Under the pieces are notes generated by a model. That model did no database searches and was not told the DNA's origin. It saw only the letters and a program-made list of their open reading frames with translations. A DNA stretch of 64,000 nt. It comes from Phycisphaerales bacterium. GTDB lineage: Bacteria > Planctomycetota > Phycisphaerae > WQYP01. How positions within the stretch are numbered: the first letter of the stretch is position 1; the number at the start of each line of letters is the position of its first letter. The position numbers were made by a program, and so were the translations under genes. Location: assembly GCA_027451365.1 (NCBI GenBank), contig DAIDJN010000070.1, forward strand, positions 25,138 to 89,137. Direction: 5' to 3'. Shown here piece after piece: positions 42,316 to 51,801 of the stretch.

Positions 42316-43739
42316 AGGCAATTTCCTTTCATTGGTCGCCAACAATAGTGCAACGCGGGGCAAGCCCGCAACTGAAAAAATAAAATTCTTTGTAAGCGGT
42401 CGGTACCGCCGTTGTCCGGTGCCGGTGCCAGGGGAATATTTTGAATCGGTCCGTCGGAGGGTCCGTGGCGCAGGTCCGGGGCGGAGCGGTAATCAGGATG
42501 GTTCCGCAGCCATTGCCGGTACTGCCGAATGCTGTCGGGAACGCGGGGGGAATCAACCTGCAGCAGATTCAGGACAACCAATATGCCTAACGCGGCAGAC
42601 AAAATCAGGCCCCACACGGTATTCCCCCGTGGCGGGCGCGGCTTGGCGTAATCCGGGGTAACTCCGGCGGCAATCATGCGGTCGTACAGGTTCGGGTGGA
42701 CGGCTTTTCGCCGCCTCATGCAGGCCGGCATTTGATTGACCTGATAAATCTGTTCCAGAGCGCGGGCATAAACCGCGGGCTGAACCTGCTGGGCGCGGGC
42801 AATCGCATCGGCCCGCACTTCCATGCGCCGGCCCAGGCGCGCCATTAAGATTTTTATTCCCAGCGCCAGAGTCACCCAGATCACTGGAAACAGGAAATCG
42901 TTGTGCATCAGACTCGTCACGGGGTTTATGAACACCAGTGGAAAGAAAAGCAGTGCGTTCATTTGTCGCGCCAGACGCACCGCACGGGATTCCGTCAGAT
43001 GCCCCAATTCGTGGGCACAAATGGCGGCAATCTGGTCATCGTTTAATTGCCGCAAAAGCTCGCGGGTGAATATAAGCTCCTTTGTGACCGGCAGCGCATA
43101 CGCATTGGCCAGAATGGATTGCGAAATCCAGACCTTTGAAACCGTCACCCTCATGCGTCCGGCGGTATCCGCCACCAGTTTCTGCAGATGTTCATCAGCC
43201 GGTTTAAACAGCCGCAACCAGACAAGAATCTGCCTTGAAAGGCCATATTGCATGGCCAGCAGAACAGCCAGTGCCACGGCGGCTTGCAGCCAGGTCCGGA
43301 GGCTGAAAACTGACGGCATGGTCAAAATCGTCACGCACAGAACAAGAATCAGTCCGCCGCGCAGCAGCAGCAGGTTGGCAAAAACCGTGCGAACAAAAAG
43401 TCCGAAATTTAATTCCGGGTAAATTTTCCGTAAAAACGATTCTTGGGCCAGAAACGACCCTGCAAAAGCACAGAAAAGAATCAGCCAGATAAGGCCTGTA
43501 CCCAATGTATGTGACATTGGGCGTTGCAGACAGTACCATTTCATCGCCAGATAAATATCCACCGGCAGAATAAGCAGGCAAAGTGTCGCTGTGACACGCG
43601 CCGGAAAAAGCAGGTTCGCCCGCTGCGTCCAATGCTGCCCCGCGCTTTTTCGCCATGGCCGCAGCGCCATGTGGCCCATCAGCCGCGATAACACATACGT
43701 CGCCACAAATGCGCCAACGGCCATCTGAATCAAATGCAT
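42312..43739 (-). CDS. M48-family membrane zinc metallopeptidase
   Basis: ANAYAL, AHELGH, EVRAD and HP motifs; many TM segments. Confidence 0.85.
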   Translation of the reverse strand: MHLIQMAVGAFVATYVLSRLMGHMALRPWRKSAGQHWTQRANLLFPARVTATLCLLILPVDIYLAMKWYCLQRPMSHTLGTGLIWLILFCAFAGSFLAQESFLRKIYPELNFGLFVRTVFANLLLLRGGLILVLCVTILTMPSVFSLRTWLQAAVALAVLLAMQYGLSRQILVWLRLFKPADEHLQKLVADTAGRMRVTVSKVWISQSILANAYALPVTKELIFTRELLRQLNDDQIAAICAHELGHLTESRAVRLARQMNALLFFPLVFINPVTSLMHNDFLFPVIWVTLALGIKILMARLGRRMEVRADAIARAQQVQPAVYARALEQIYQVNQMPACMRRRKAVHPNLYDRMIAAGVTPDYAKPRPPRGNTVWGLILSAALGILVVLNLLQVDSPRVPDSIRQYRQWLRNHPDYRSAPDLRHGPSDGPIQNIPLAPAPDNGGTDRLQRILFFQLRACPALHYCWRPMKGNCL

Positions 43740-44094
43740 TCATAACAGTGTGCGTTATTTTGCCAATCTGTCAATGGCGGGCGGGCGTTGGGGGGTGTTC
43801 ATTTGCCTGGCGTCTCTGGTAATTGGCGCGCCCTTCAATGGGTGCGCCCGTTGTTATCGAGAAGATCGCGGATCCGCAATTCGGCAATATTTTTGTGACC
43901 AGCAGGCGGCCGGGGCTGCCCTGCCCGATTAACATGGGTCAAATGGATAAGCGGTGAATCAGTTGCCTGTATGTGCTTTTATTGGCGCCTGCCTGCATTA
44001 GGCACCTTCTTCCACGGTGGAAAGGCCTTGCCGGGACAGGCCCTTGGCGATTCAGCGAATCACGTCATTGCGTGCGACCCCCGCGTTGAACTAT

Positions 44095-45516
44095 TCATCG
44101 CAAAACTGTGTCGTTCACTTGACCGGCAGACGGTGCCTGGCTCAATGCGTCGGCCCATTTCTTCACAATTTCTAAATAATCATAAATGACCTTCGCAATA
44201 CGTTGGGCTTCTTTGAGACAATTGTCTTCCGCCAAAATTCCGAACAGCCATTTGTCCGTCATAAAATCATCTGAGCAGGTCCGATACCCACTGAGCCAAA
44301 AACCATTATATTCTGGGGGAGGGTAGCTATAACCGAGCATATCGCTAAGCTTTTTCAGCTTGGCCTGCTCATCTGGAGCAGGGTCCCTTCCCAATATCGT
44401 TCCATAAATCAAACTGTTGGTTTCCTTCACCCACTCAATTGCGAAAACAAAATTATCCTTTTTCGGGTCATCGCTCAGAAGAAGGTTCTGATCGTCGGTG
44501 AAGATCACTGTTTGGATTTCATTTTTATTAAAGTCACGGAACCGGCGGGCTTTAAACCTCCCGGACTTGGTCGAACCGGACTTGGTCGAATCGAGGTTGT
44601 CGAGTTCGGTTGGTAAACGATTAAGCAAAAAGTCGCCAAGGCAGTTGCACCGCAACCGGTCAACCGCAGATTTGATATCCGTCCAGTGACCAATAATAGA
44701 TGGGTGCTTACGGATAATATCTTCGATTTTCGTCATAAATATCTCCTCTAATTGCGAATGGCCGTCAAGGATCTTGCACAGCGCGTTCTTGTATTGCTGC
44801 AAGGCTTGGTTAATATTGACGTACTGGTAGGTTTCGCGAAGGCATTCATCTAGCCACGGCAATATGTGGCCCCTGTATGATATGCGGCGATATCTGTCCT
44901 CAAGTTTCCCCGCCGTTGCGGATTTTTTCCCCTCAGGCGTTAGATAGAGCACAATTTTTTCGCCCTTGACGTTCATACTCGTTAAATATTTTATATACCT
45001 TGAAATCTGATCGGGTTGTTCATAAGCCCATATTTTATTTTCAATCGCGATAACGCTTCCCGGGCTGCTAATTAAGATGTCGATGCGCCCGTGCTTGAAC
45101 CAGAATTCGCTTTTTACTTCCGCTTTGTCACCATTAAAATTATTGATTTTCTGCAATTCATCCCGCGTCCCATCATGCAGTTCAACCCCTTTCTCTTTCA
45201 GGGTCTCGACGAACATATCCAAAAACAAGGAGCCACAATCATGTTCCGCTTTTGGGTTAAGCAGATACGCAAGCCACGCCGAGTGCAACCCGGTTTCCTC
45301 GCCGCTGCCACGTAAGACGGTAAACACGTTGAATCTGCCCTTGGCGGCCTTGAGTTGGGTTTGGTGCGCAATATCGAGACGGTCAAGCTCCCGGGCCAGC
45401 GGATCGAGGCTTTCTTCGAGTTTGCGCAGGCTGTCCTCCTCCCGCGCGCGCATTTCACGATCATATTGGTCGAGCGCACTCAACCCCTCTTCCAATTCCT
45501 GAATATCCGTTTCCAT
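44095..45516 (-). CDS. PD-(D/E)XK nuclease family protein (PDDEXK_4-like)
   Basis: FNVF..E..HSAWLAYLLNP..H..G..FL, RIDILI..IAIENK..EQPDQISRY and YLTPEG. GAAGGAGG RBS lies before ATG 45516. Confidence 0.85.
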   Translation of the reverse strand: METDIQELEEGLSALDQYDREMRAREEDSLRKLEESLDPLARELDRLDIAHQTQLKAAKGRFNVFTVLRGSGEETGLHSAWLAYLLNPKAEHDCGSLFLDMFVETLKEKGVELHDGTRDELQKINNFNGDKAEVKSEFWFKHGRIDILISSPGSVIAIENKIWAYEQPDQISRYIKYLTSMNVKGEKIVLYLTPEGKKSATAGKLEDRYRRISYRGHILPWLDECLRETYQYVNINQALQQYKNALCKILDGHSQLEEIFMTKIEDIIRKHPSIIGHWTDIKSAVDRLRCNCLGDFLLNRLPTELDNLDSTKSGSTKSGRFKARRFRDFNKNEIQTVIFTDDQNLLLSDDPKKDNFVFAIEWVKETNSLIYGTILGRDPAPDEQAKLKKLSDMLGYSYPPPEYNGFWLSGYRTCSDDFMTDKWLFGILAEDNCLKEAQRIAKVIYDYLEIVKKWADALSQAPSAGQVNDTVLR

Positions 45517-45768
45517 TGAATCCCTCCTTCGGCGAGCGAGTTTCGCCAGTTTGATTTCACGCATTGTACAAGGGTGTAACAATGTCCACAAGTCAGGCCG
45601 ATTCGACCGCATTCACTAAATTGCGACCGAGATCACGCTAACTTTGTACCCGCCCGCCATCAGCGGTCCCGCCCCAAGCCGGGCCGGTGAGCCGAACTGG
45701 GTCCTGCGCCGCTAAATTAGCGCTGCAATCTCGTATAGACTTTCGGTAAAGAAAGGACTGGAGGCTGT

Positions 45769-46030
45769 ATGAAGGAGAGGCGATTAAGTGAGAAAAGGTT
45801 GTATCGATCCAGCGGGAAGCGGACCTCGGCGGCCGGATGATTGTTGAGTTGCGTGCAGGCATGGCATCAGTGAGGTGATCCATGCGTGGCAGCGAAAGTT
45901 CGGACAGTTGTCCGAAGCCGCGGTGAAAGGTTTGCATGGTCTGGAGAGTGACAAAATGCGACTCAACCGGCTGCTGGCTTATCGCGATCTGGAGATCGAT
46001 GTACCCAAGAAGTTCTTACAAAAAAGGGAG
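45769..46030 (+). pseudogene. Decayed IS3-family transposase OrfA remnant
   Basis: GGAGG+ATG, then across two frameshifts MKERRLSE / VSIQREADLGGRMIVEL / HGISEVIHAWQRKFGQLSEAAVKGLHGLESDKMRLNRLLAYRDLEIDV..FLQK, ending at an A6G slippery site. No orfB follows. Confidence 0.75.
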
Positions 46031-46274
46031 GCGGTACCCCGGTGGATCGGTCGGCGGTGGGATTTCCAATACGGCGGGATATCTACCGGTAGCTATGACA
46101 CAAAGTGGCAATCTTTTCCCTTCCCGGTAAAAGCGGTGACGCCCCCCATCCAACTTTCCCCCCGTCGGCAAAACCGGTAAACTCGATTTTCGGTTATTCC
46201 GGCAAACTGGCCCGCGCTGCGGAGCCGGCTGTGGAATAACCAGTGGCTATCGAACTGCTTTTCAGGAATTTTTC

Positions 46275-48116
46275 ATGAACTGTCAATCTTCATTCCGTAC
46301 CCGAATTTTCAGCGTCGCTTTTGTTCTGGTGGGCTTATTGACTGCGGCGGCCGGTCGCGCTGTGGTTCATTTGGATGTAGCTGCGCAAGCACCGCTGGCC
46401 AATCGCATTCCGGCTGGTGTTTTGTTTTACATGGGCTGGAACGGTTCGCCCGCACATTGGCCGGGCTATGCAAAATCGACACTGGCGCAGTTCCTTAAAC
46501 GGTCTCATTTTGCGGCTTTTCTGGCGGACGGACTGCCCGCATTGTTGAAAAGCGCCGCGTGGCATCACTCCGCGCTGCCGGTAACCGCAACATCGCAGGC
46601 TCTGATTCAAAAAGATATATCACTTCTGGCCCGGCATCCCTGGGCATTTTATTGCCTGCCGGCCGCAAAAGCCGATGCCGGTCTGAGTACCGCACTTTTG
46701 ATTGACGCCGGCCCGGATGGAAAGGCCGTGCTCGCGGCGATGCGGAGCCAAATGGCCACAATCCTGCCCGCCGGCGCTGCCGGGGTATGTGGCCGCTCAG
46801 GTTCAATCTGCTATCTGTTTACCAATGCCCGCGGAAAGATGCGGACGGCATTAAACGGCCGCGGTCGCAGATTGGTAACGGATGCCAAATACCGTGCCAC
46901 CATCGAACAGTTACCCGCCACGGGCGGCTATGCGGTGTATGCAGATCTGACCGGACTGCTGGCGGCCGAGGACGCCTATACCGGTGACAATCCGGCAATC
47001 AAGAGCTATTGGAAGAAGGTAAAAGCAGAGTTTTCGCTGGGCGGCTACAAGGCCTTTTCCGAAGGGGGCGGTCTGGTGGACGGCCATTGGCAGGATGGCG
47101 CATTTCTGGGGATGCGGAATTCACGGCCATCGCATGGCAAGGCGGTTCATGCCCTGCTGGCCCGGGTGCCGGCGGGTGCCACATCCATGACCGTGGTACA
47201 CTTTGCCATGCCCAAATTGTACGGCTTTGCCATGGCTTCGGCAGACCTGTACGGCCAGCGTGCGGTGGTAAAGCAGACGCTTTCACAAGTGGCCTCCATG
47301 ACCGGCATAAGCCTTCGCAAAGATGTTCTGGCCTCCTTCGGTTCGCACTGGCTTTTCTACACACCGGCGCGGGCGGCGAATCCGACTCTTGGCTTTTTAA
47401 TGGTGAACAAGCTGCGGCATCCTACGCGACTGGCCAATGCCATTGTAATAGCCGCGCCGCTGGCGCTGATGGGAATTAACGCCCAGCTTGAACAGCATGG
47501 CATTAAACATGCCGCCGCGGTGATGCGCAACCTCACCGTGGGCAAAGTCACGATCTATTACCTTCATTCGCCAAAAAGTCCGGTGTCTCCGGCCTGGGCA
47601 TTGGATGGCAATACCTTCTATTTTTCGCTGAATCCCGCCAGCATTGCCGATGCCCTGAAACATCCGGGCAAACCGATTACCACCGATGCCGATTTTCGCA
47701 TGGCCATGGCTAACCTGAACCTGCCCACGCAGGCAATTGAAGCGGTCGGTTATGAAGACCAGGGGGCACTGCTTCCCCAAGGATACAACATGGTGACGCA
47801 GGTTCTGGCCATGGCTGGCTCATACCTGCATCTGGCCCAGCCGATTGCCAATCCCCTGCCGCCGTTAAACAGGCTCCGACCGCTGCTTTCCCCAATGGCC
47901 AGCGCCAGTTGGGTAGATGCGGCGGGCTGGCATCTGCGACAAACCGATAGTTTTCCCGGCGCGGGCCTTCTGGCACCCACTGGCTGGGGTTCAGCGCCGG
48001 CCATGGTCAATCCGGCCGTTGGCCTGCTGATTGAACTTGGTGCCAGCAGCGGCCATCAGACAATGTCCACCACCACAATGCCACCAGCGACGAATCAGAA
48101 TCCACCGCCGCAGTAA
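46275..48116 (+). CDS. Exported hypothetical protein (DUF3352-like architecture)
   Basis: N-terminal signal/TM segment, 613 aa, with a duplicated 'LANRIPAG / LLARVPAG' element. Confidence 0.6.
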   Translation: MNCQSSFRTRIFSVAFVLVGLLTAAAGRAVVHLDVAAQAPLANRIPAGVLFYMGWNGSPAHWPGYAKSTLAQFLKRSHFAAFLADGLPALLKSAAWHHSALPVTATSQALIQKDISLLARHPWAFYCLPAAKADAGLSTALLIDAGPDGKAVLAAMRSQMATILPAGAAGVCGRSGSICYLFTNARGKMRTALNGRGRRLVTDAKYRATIEQLPATGGYAVYADLTGLLAAEDAYTGDNPAIKSYWKKVKAEFSLGGYKAFSEGGGLVDGHWQDGAFLGMRNSRPSHGKAVHALLARVPAGATSMTVVHFAMPKLYGFAMASADLYGQRAVVKQTLSQVASMTGISLRKDVLASFGSHWLFYTPARAANPTLGFLMVNKLRHPTRLANAIVIAAPLALMGINAQLEQHGIKHAAAVMRNLTVGKVTIYYLHSPKSPVSPAWALDGNTFYFSLNPASIADALKHPGKPITTDADFRMAMANLNLPTQAIEAVGYEDQGALLPQGYNMVTQVLAMAGSYLHLAQPIANPLPPLNRLRPLLSPMASASWVDAAGWHLRQTDSFPGAGLLAPTGWGSAPAMVNPAVGLLIELGASSGHQTMSTTTMPPATNQNPPPQ

Positions 48117-48165
48117 CTGATTCATACCGCCAATCGCTCGGCCAGCGCAGCGAAAATCGGCTGAA

Positions 48166-48552
48166 TTACGGCAGAAATTCAAAGGGATTCCGTATTCCCG
48201 TTTCCAGATGAGCCAGCAACCTGCGGCCCAAGGCAAGCAACTGGTTCCATGGTTGCGCGGCCTGATGACCGGCCGCACCGCCGCCCACCGCCGGATTTTC
48301 GCCCGCGCTGCCGGCCACGGAAAGCGGATCGACCAGGATGGCATCGGGCAGTTGACCATGGCGCGGCCGTTGTGCGGCGGCACTTTGTTCTTCAAGCAGT
48401 TCCAGCATTTTTCTAACCATTGCGGCGCTGTGAATATCCGCGGAGGAATTTCCGGCCGCGGAACGGCGCGGCGACTGATTTTCCGCTGAAGGCGCATGTT
48501 GAAAATCCTGCTCTTGAATATCACCAAAATAGCCGCCGTGGGAATGTGCCAT
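48166..48552 (-). CDS. Hypothetical protein, last gene of the phage-like neck/tail operon
   Basis: GGAG RBS, 32 bp downstream of the tail-tube gene and on the same strand. Confidence 0.55.
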   Translation of the reverse strand: MAHSHGGYFGDIQEQDFQHAPSAENQSPRRSAAGNSSADIHSAAMVRKMLELLEEQSAAAQRPRHGQLPDAILVDPLSVAGSAGENPAVGGGAAGHQAAQPWNQLLALGRRLLAHLETGIRNPFEFLP

Positions 48553-48584
48553 GATGTTCTCCAGTCTGTTTGGTGTGTGCGGGT

Positions 48585-48971
48585 TCAGGAATTAAGCCAG
48601 ACTTTTGTGTATTGGCCAACCGAGCTTATGTTTGCTGTAAACAAGCTTACCTGACCCACACGCAGACGTATGCGAAACGCGGTAATATTGAAATTGCCGC
48701 TGATGACACAGCCGTTGGCTGCGGTGAAGCTGATGGCCACGCCCGAATGTATGGAACCAATTCCGGGGTCATGATCGGTAAGCCAGCCGACAATGGCTCC
48801 GCCAAGCCGCTGGCCGGTTAGAGTTCCGTTGCCGTAGCCGTTATCCACGAAGGCCTGGGAATCTGCTTCATGAAATTCTTCCTGAAGCTGGGCGTCATAA
48901 ATATTGGCGGTTATTCCGGATGGCAGTATGACGCTTGCGCCAAGGCCGGAAATGGGTTGCGGGTTTGCCAT
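48585..48971 (-). CDS. Putative phage tail tube (major tail) protein, non-contractile type
   Basis: 128 aa, AGGAGG RBS, pattern ISG..V...D.Q.F...G...G...G.F.IT.F....G.V..F...S.G. Follows the DUF3168-like gene. Confidence 0.65.
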   Translation of the reverse strand: MANPQPISGLGASVILPSGITANIYDAQLQEEFHEADSQAFVDNGYGNGTLTGQRLGGAIVGWLTDHDPGIGSIHSGVAISFTAANGCVISGNFNITAFRIRLRVGQVSLFTANISSVGQYTKVWLNS

Positions 48972-49007
48972 TGTAACCTCCTGATAAATGGAACAAGCCA
49001 GTCACAA

Positions 49008-49436
49008 TTAACTGCCCGGCGCGGTGTACACAGTAAAAGAAAAGCCGCCTCGAACCCGATACACTTCCGTCCCCGCGGCACCGGTACCGGCAAGCTGCGG
49101 CTGCGGCGGGTAAATTTCCGCCGCGCCAAGCATGGTGCCGCTGGCCAGTGACAAGGTAGACTGGTCCAGCAGATCCACCACGCGCTGGGCCATGGCAAAT
49201 GCGACCGCCAGTGAACCGGCCACACACGTGATATGCAGCGTGACATGGGTGATGCGCGAACCGGGAAAATCGTGAGCTGTGGTGCCCGCGGCGGCGGTTT
49301 GCAGAATTATAAAAGGAAGCGCGGCTGCCTCCGGCGCGCGCGAAAGGTATACGCTGGTGGCCGCCTGACCGACCAGACCGGCCAACAGGGCATCCGCCGA
49401 AATACGGGCGATAACGGCTTGAACAAGAGATTGCAT
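49008..49436 (-). CDS. DUF3168-like phage tail completion/terminator protein
   Basis: LVQAVIARISADALLAGLVG..VY..AP.AAALPFI...A..V..LLD..L.L, with a terminal YRVRGGF strand. Confidence 0.75.
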   Translation of the reverse strand: MQSLVQAVIARISADALLAGLVGQAATSVYLSRAPEAAALPFIILQTAAAGTTAHDFPGSRITHVTLHITCVAGSLAVAFAMAQRVVDLLDQSTLSLASGTMLGAAEIYPPQPQLAGTGAAGTEVYRVRGGFSFTVYTAPGS

Positions 49437-49561
49437 AAGATATGTCCATCATTATGATGAGTTGATTGCGACACGGGGCGGCCATATTTTCCAACGCGGG
49501 CCGCCGACGGACCAGTATCCTGACCGCTGTTGGGACGTGTCCAGAATAGCCAACAGCCTCA

Positions 49562-49903
49562 TCATGAAGCGGGATCCTGTGGCTCATGCAACTGGCAATA
49601 AACCGCCCAGCTTCGGCCGCGATCCCCCAGATTGGCGACAAAATGAACCAGATAGTACAGGTTGCCATCAAACAGCCGGTCGCCAAGAAGCGCCCCGATG
49701 TTTTGCGGTGTTAACACCACGTGGGTAACGGCCATTCCGCGGCGCAAAAACGTATTTTCCGGCCGGGCGCGAAAAGCCAGCACAGCTGCGGGAATTTGCG
49801 CCACCTGGGTTTGCCATTGGCGAACCACTTCGCCGTTGGGCCCGGGCGACTGCACCGCGCGAAGGAGCGTTACCTGATGTGTGCAAAGAAGGGCCAGGGT
49901 CAT
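49562..49903 (-). CDS. Putative phage head-closure (stopper) protein
   Basis: HQVTLLR..GPNGEVVRQW..V..IPA, THVV...GDRL.DG..Y.V..V. ATGA-coupled to the adaptor gene. Confidence 0.7.
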   Translation of the reverse strand: MTLALLCTHQVTLLRAVQSPGPNGEVVRQWQTQVAQIPAAVLAFRARPENTFLRRGMAVTHVVLTPQNIGALLGDRLFDGNLYYLVHFVANLGDRGRSWAVYCQLHEPQDPAS

Positions 49904-50766
49904 ACCACAATATCCCGATAGCGTGAAAGCAGATTCAGAATCTCAGGTGTAAACAGCAAGTCGCCGTTGCGCACCACATATTCGTAACCAACGGTTTTTC
50001 CCATGGATTCGCGCAGTTTGGTAAGGTCGGGCTGGTTGATCATATTGCCCACCAGCAGCGCGCAGGCAAGTTGCAGGTCGTCCGGAATCTGCCACCCAAG
50101 GATCTGGCAACCGGCCCCATGCGCATTGGCGAAGCTGGCGGTGAACGCTGTTGGTGAAGCGGTCAGGACTGTTGCCGATTCGGCACCGGCATTGCCGGCA
50201 TCCAGTGTCAGAATGGTGCCGGGTGCAATCGCCCAGGGGGATAGATCATCCGCGGGAGTCTGACCGGTCATGGCGGCTGGAGTTACAGTTGAATTTCCTG
50301 CGGCAATGGGGGCTGAGCTTTGCGTGATGAATCCATATCCGGCATTGTAATCCACCTGAATCGCATTAAGTGGCCAGACAGAAAATCCCATGCCGCGTGT
50401 TCCGAGCAGCCCGCCGCCGATCCATGGAAAACCCGAAAAACCGGCGGCAACTTCGGGTTTAATGGAAATTCGTCCGACCTGGGGTCGAATATCAAGTTGA
50501 TCCGCGGTCATGACAATCGGGTTGGATGTGTCGGGAAACAGTGTAAGAGAATTGATACCCAGAACAGGCGCTTGGCGCAGCATAAGAAACAGTTCGCCGG
50601 TGGCGTCGTGCAATTCAATGTAACGGGTTGGTATGAAATTCCGGCGGCAATAGCGCCGGATCATGCCGGAAGCCGCGGACAGACAGGATGCCAGAGTTGA
50701 GGAATTAACCGCGGCCAGAGCGGGCACGGCCTGTTGGGCGTAAGTGGAAGTAATCAGGTCGGCCAT
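49900..50766 (-). CDS. Phage head-tail adaptor (phiE125 gp8 / gp6-like) with an inserted domain
   Basis: LSAASGMIRRYCRRNF, LRQAPVLGINSL, IQVDYNAGY, PDDLQLACALLV and LLSRYR. Confidence 0.78.
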   Translation of the reverse strand: MADLITSTYAQQAVPALAAVNSSTLASCLSAASGMIRRYCRRNFIPTRYIELHDATGELFLMLRQAPVLGINSLTLFPDTSNPIVMTADQLDIRPQVGRISIKPEVAAGFSGFPWIGGGLLGTRGMGFSVWPLNAIQVDYNAGYGFITQSSAPIAAGNSTVTPAAMTGQTPADDLSPWAIAPGTILTLDAGNAGAESATVLTASPTAFTASFANAHGAGCQILGWQIPDDLQLACALLVGNMINQPDLTKLRESMGKTVGYEYVVRNGDLLFTPEILNLLSRYRDIVV

Positions 50767-50943
50767 ACCAAGCTATAGCGATGGACGAGAGAGATAATTG
50801 GCGCGGCAGATTAACGGAGTTCGCCGAAGATGCCGTGAATTCCGTGAAAAACTGCACTGGGGACCTGGCGGATATGTCTTCCTGATTTTCCTCATGTGCG
50901 GTCAACTGCTGTCAGGGTCCGCGCGATGCAGCCCCCATTCCGC

Positions 50944-50972
50944 TTCACCTGCCGACAGCGCGGCGGTATAAT
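50944..50972 (+). promoter_or_regulatory. Sigma-70 promoter
   Basis: TTCACC-N17-TATAAT upstream of the ORF at 51020. Confidence 0.55.
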
Positions 50973-51019
50973 CTCATTTGCGTCCTTCATCCATTCTTGC
51001 AGGCCACCGGGAGCAATTC

Positions 51020-51340
51020 ATGAAGTTACTGGCAAAAATGTTCGACCGTGAGCAAACAGGTTTTGATGTGTGCCAGTTTGCCGTATTTCTGCTGAGCTTT
51101 GCGGCATTAATATTGGCCAGCATAATCGCGCAAAGTTATTCGATCCCCAACATTGTACCGGCATTTTTACTTGTATTTGGACTGTTCCTGTTGATATTTG
51201 ATTTCTTGTACGTGGCGGCCAGCGTTGTGCTTACCCGTGGCAACTGGCGGCAATATGGCGTTTATGTGATCGTGTCGATCGCGGGCACAGCACTTTTTTT
51301 CATGTTATTTTTGCCGAGCCTGGCCCGCCCAAAGGAGTAG
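51020..51340 (+). CDS. Small hypothetical membrane protein (3 TM)
   Basis: GGGAG RBS and hydrophobic helices. Confidence 0.6.
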   Translation: MKLLAKMFDREQTGFDVCQFAVFLLSFAALILASIIAQSYSIPNIVPAFLLVFGLFLLIFDFLYVAASVVLTRGNWRQYGVYVIVSIAGTALFFMLFLPSLARPKE

Positions 51341-51760
51341 ATGTATTCGGTGTCCAACAATCCAGAACATCCTGACGTAATTGCAAATAAACCTCGGCTG
51401 GGCGGTAAGGTCCTGAAAATCGGTTTTAACGGCATTGCCGCCATTTTTCAGCTTATATTGATCGTTATTCTGGCGGCCTTTGTAATCACAAATTTTATGC
51501 CGAAATCATCCGTTGCGTTTACCGAATTGCACCTTGTACTGGGAATGGCCGGCGCGACGGCCGCTGTTCTGCTGATCATCGGGTTGCCGTTTATTACATT
51601 AAGCGCCCTGCTGGGCGTACGAAAGCGGTGCGGGGCCGGGCGGCCCGCGGACCAACCGCCAAAGTTGTTGACTTGGGATTCGTTTTTGCTGCTGATATGC
51701 GCTTTTCTTCTGTTTACTCCGGTGGTGCTGTTTTTTGCTGCCGCCTACATCGCGGGTTAG
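51341..51760 (+). CDS. Small hypothetical membrane protein (3 TM)
   Basis: Hydrophobic helices; abuts the previous stop codon in the same frame. Confidence 0.6.
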   Translation: MYSVSNNPEHPDVIANKPRLGGKVLKIGFNGIAAIFQLILIVILAAFVITNFMPKSSVAFTELHLVLGMAGATAAVLLIIGLPFITLSALLGVRKRCGAGRPADQPPKLLTWDSFLLLICAFLLFTPVVLFFAAAYIAG

Positions 51761-51801
51761 CTGCGGGTAAAGACCCCAGGTGGAATGAGTGTGAGCTTGT
51801 C

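Noticed and set aside
45635..45722. Integron attC-like site (CGCTAAT...GTTAGCG on the minus strand)
   Set aside because: L boxes are not complementary, the core sites are imperfect and no integrase is present.
49437..49561. Remnant HK97 gp10-like gene between the stopper and terminator genes
   Set aside because: Only 125 bp, with a chance-level RRRPALEN similarity and an 8-bp hairpin.
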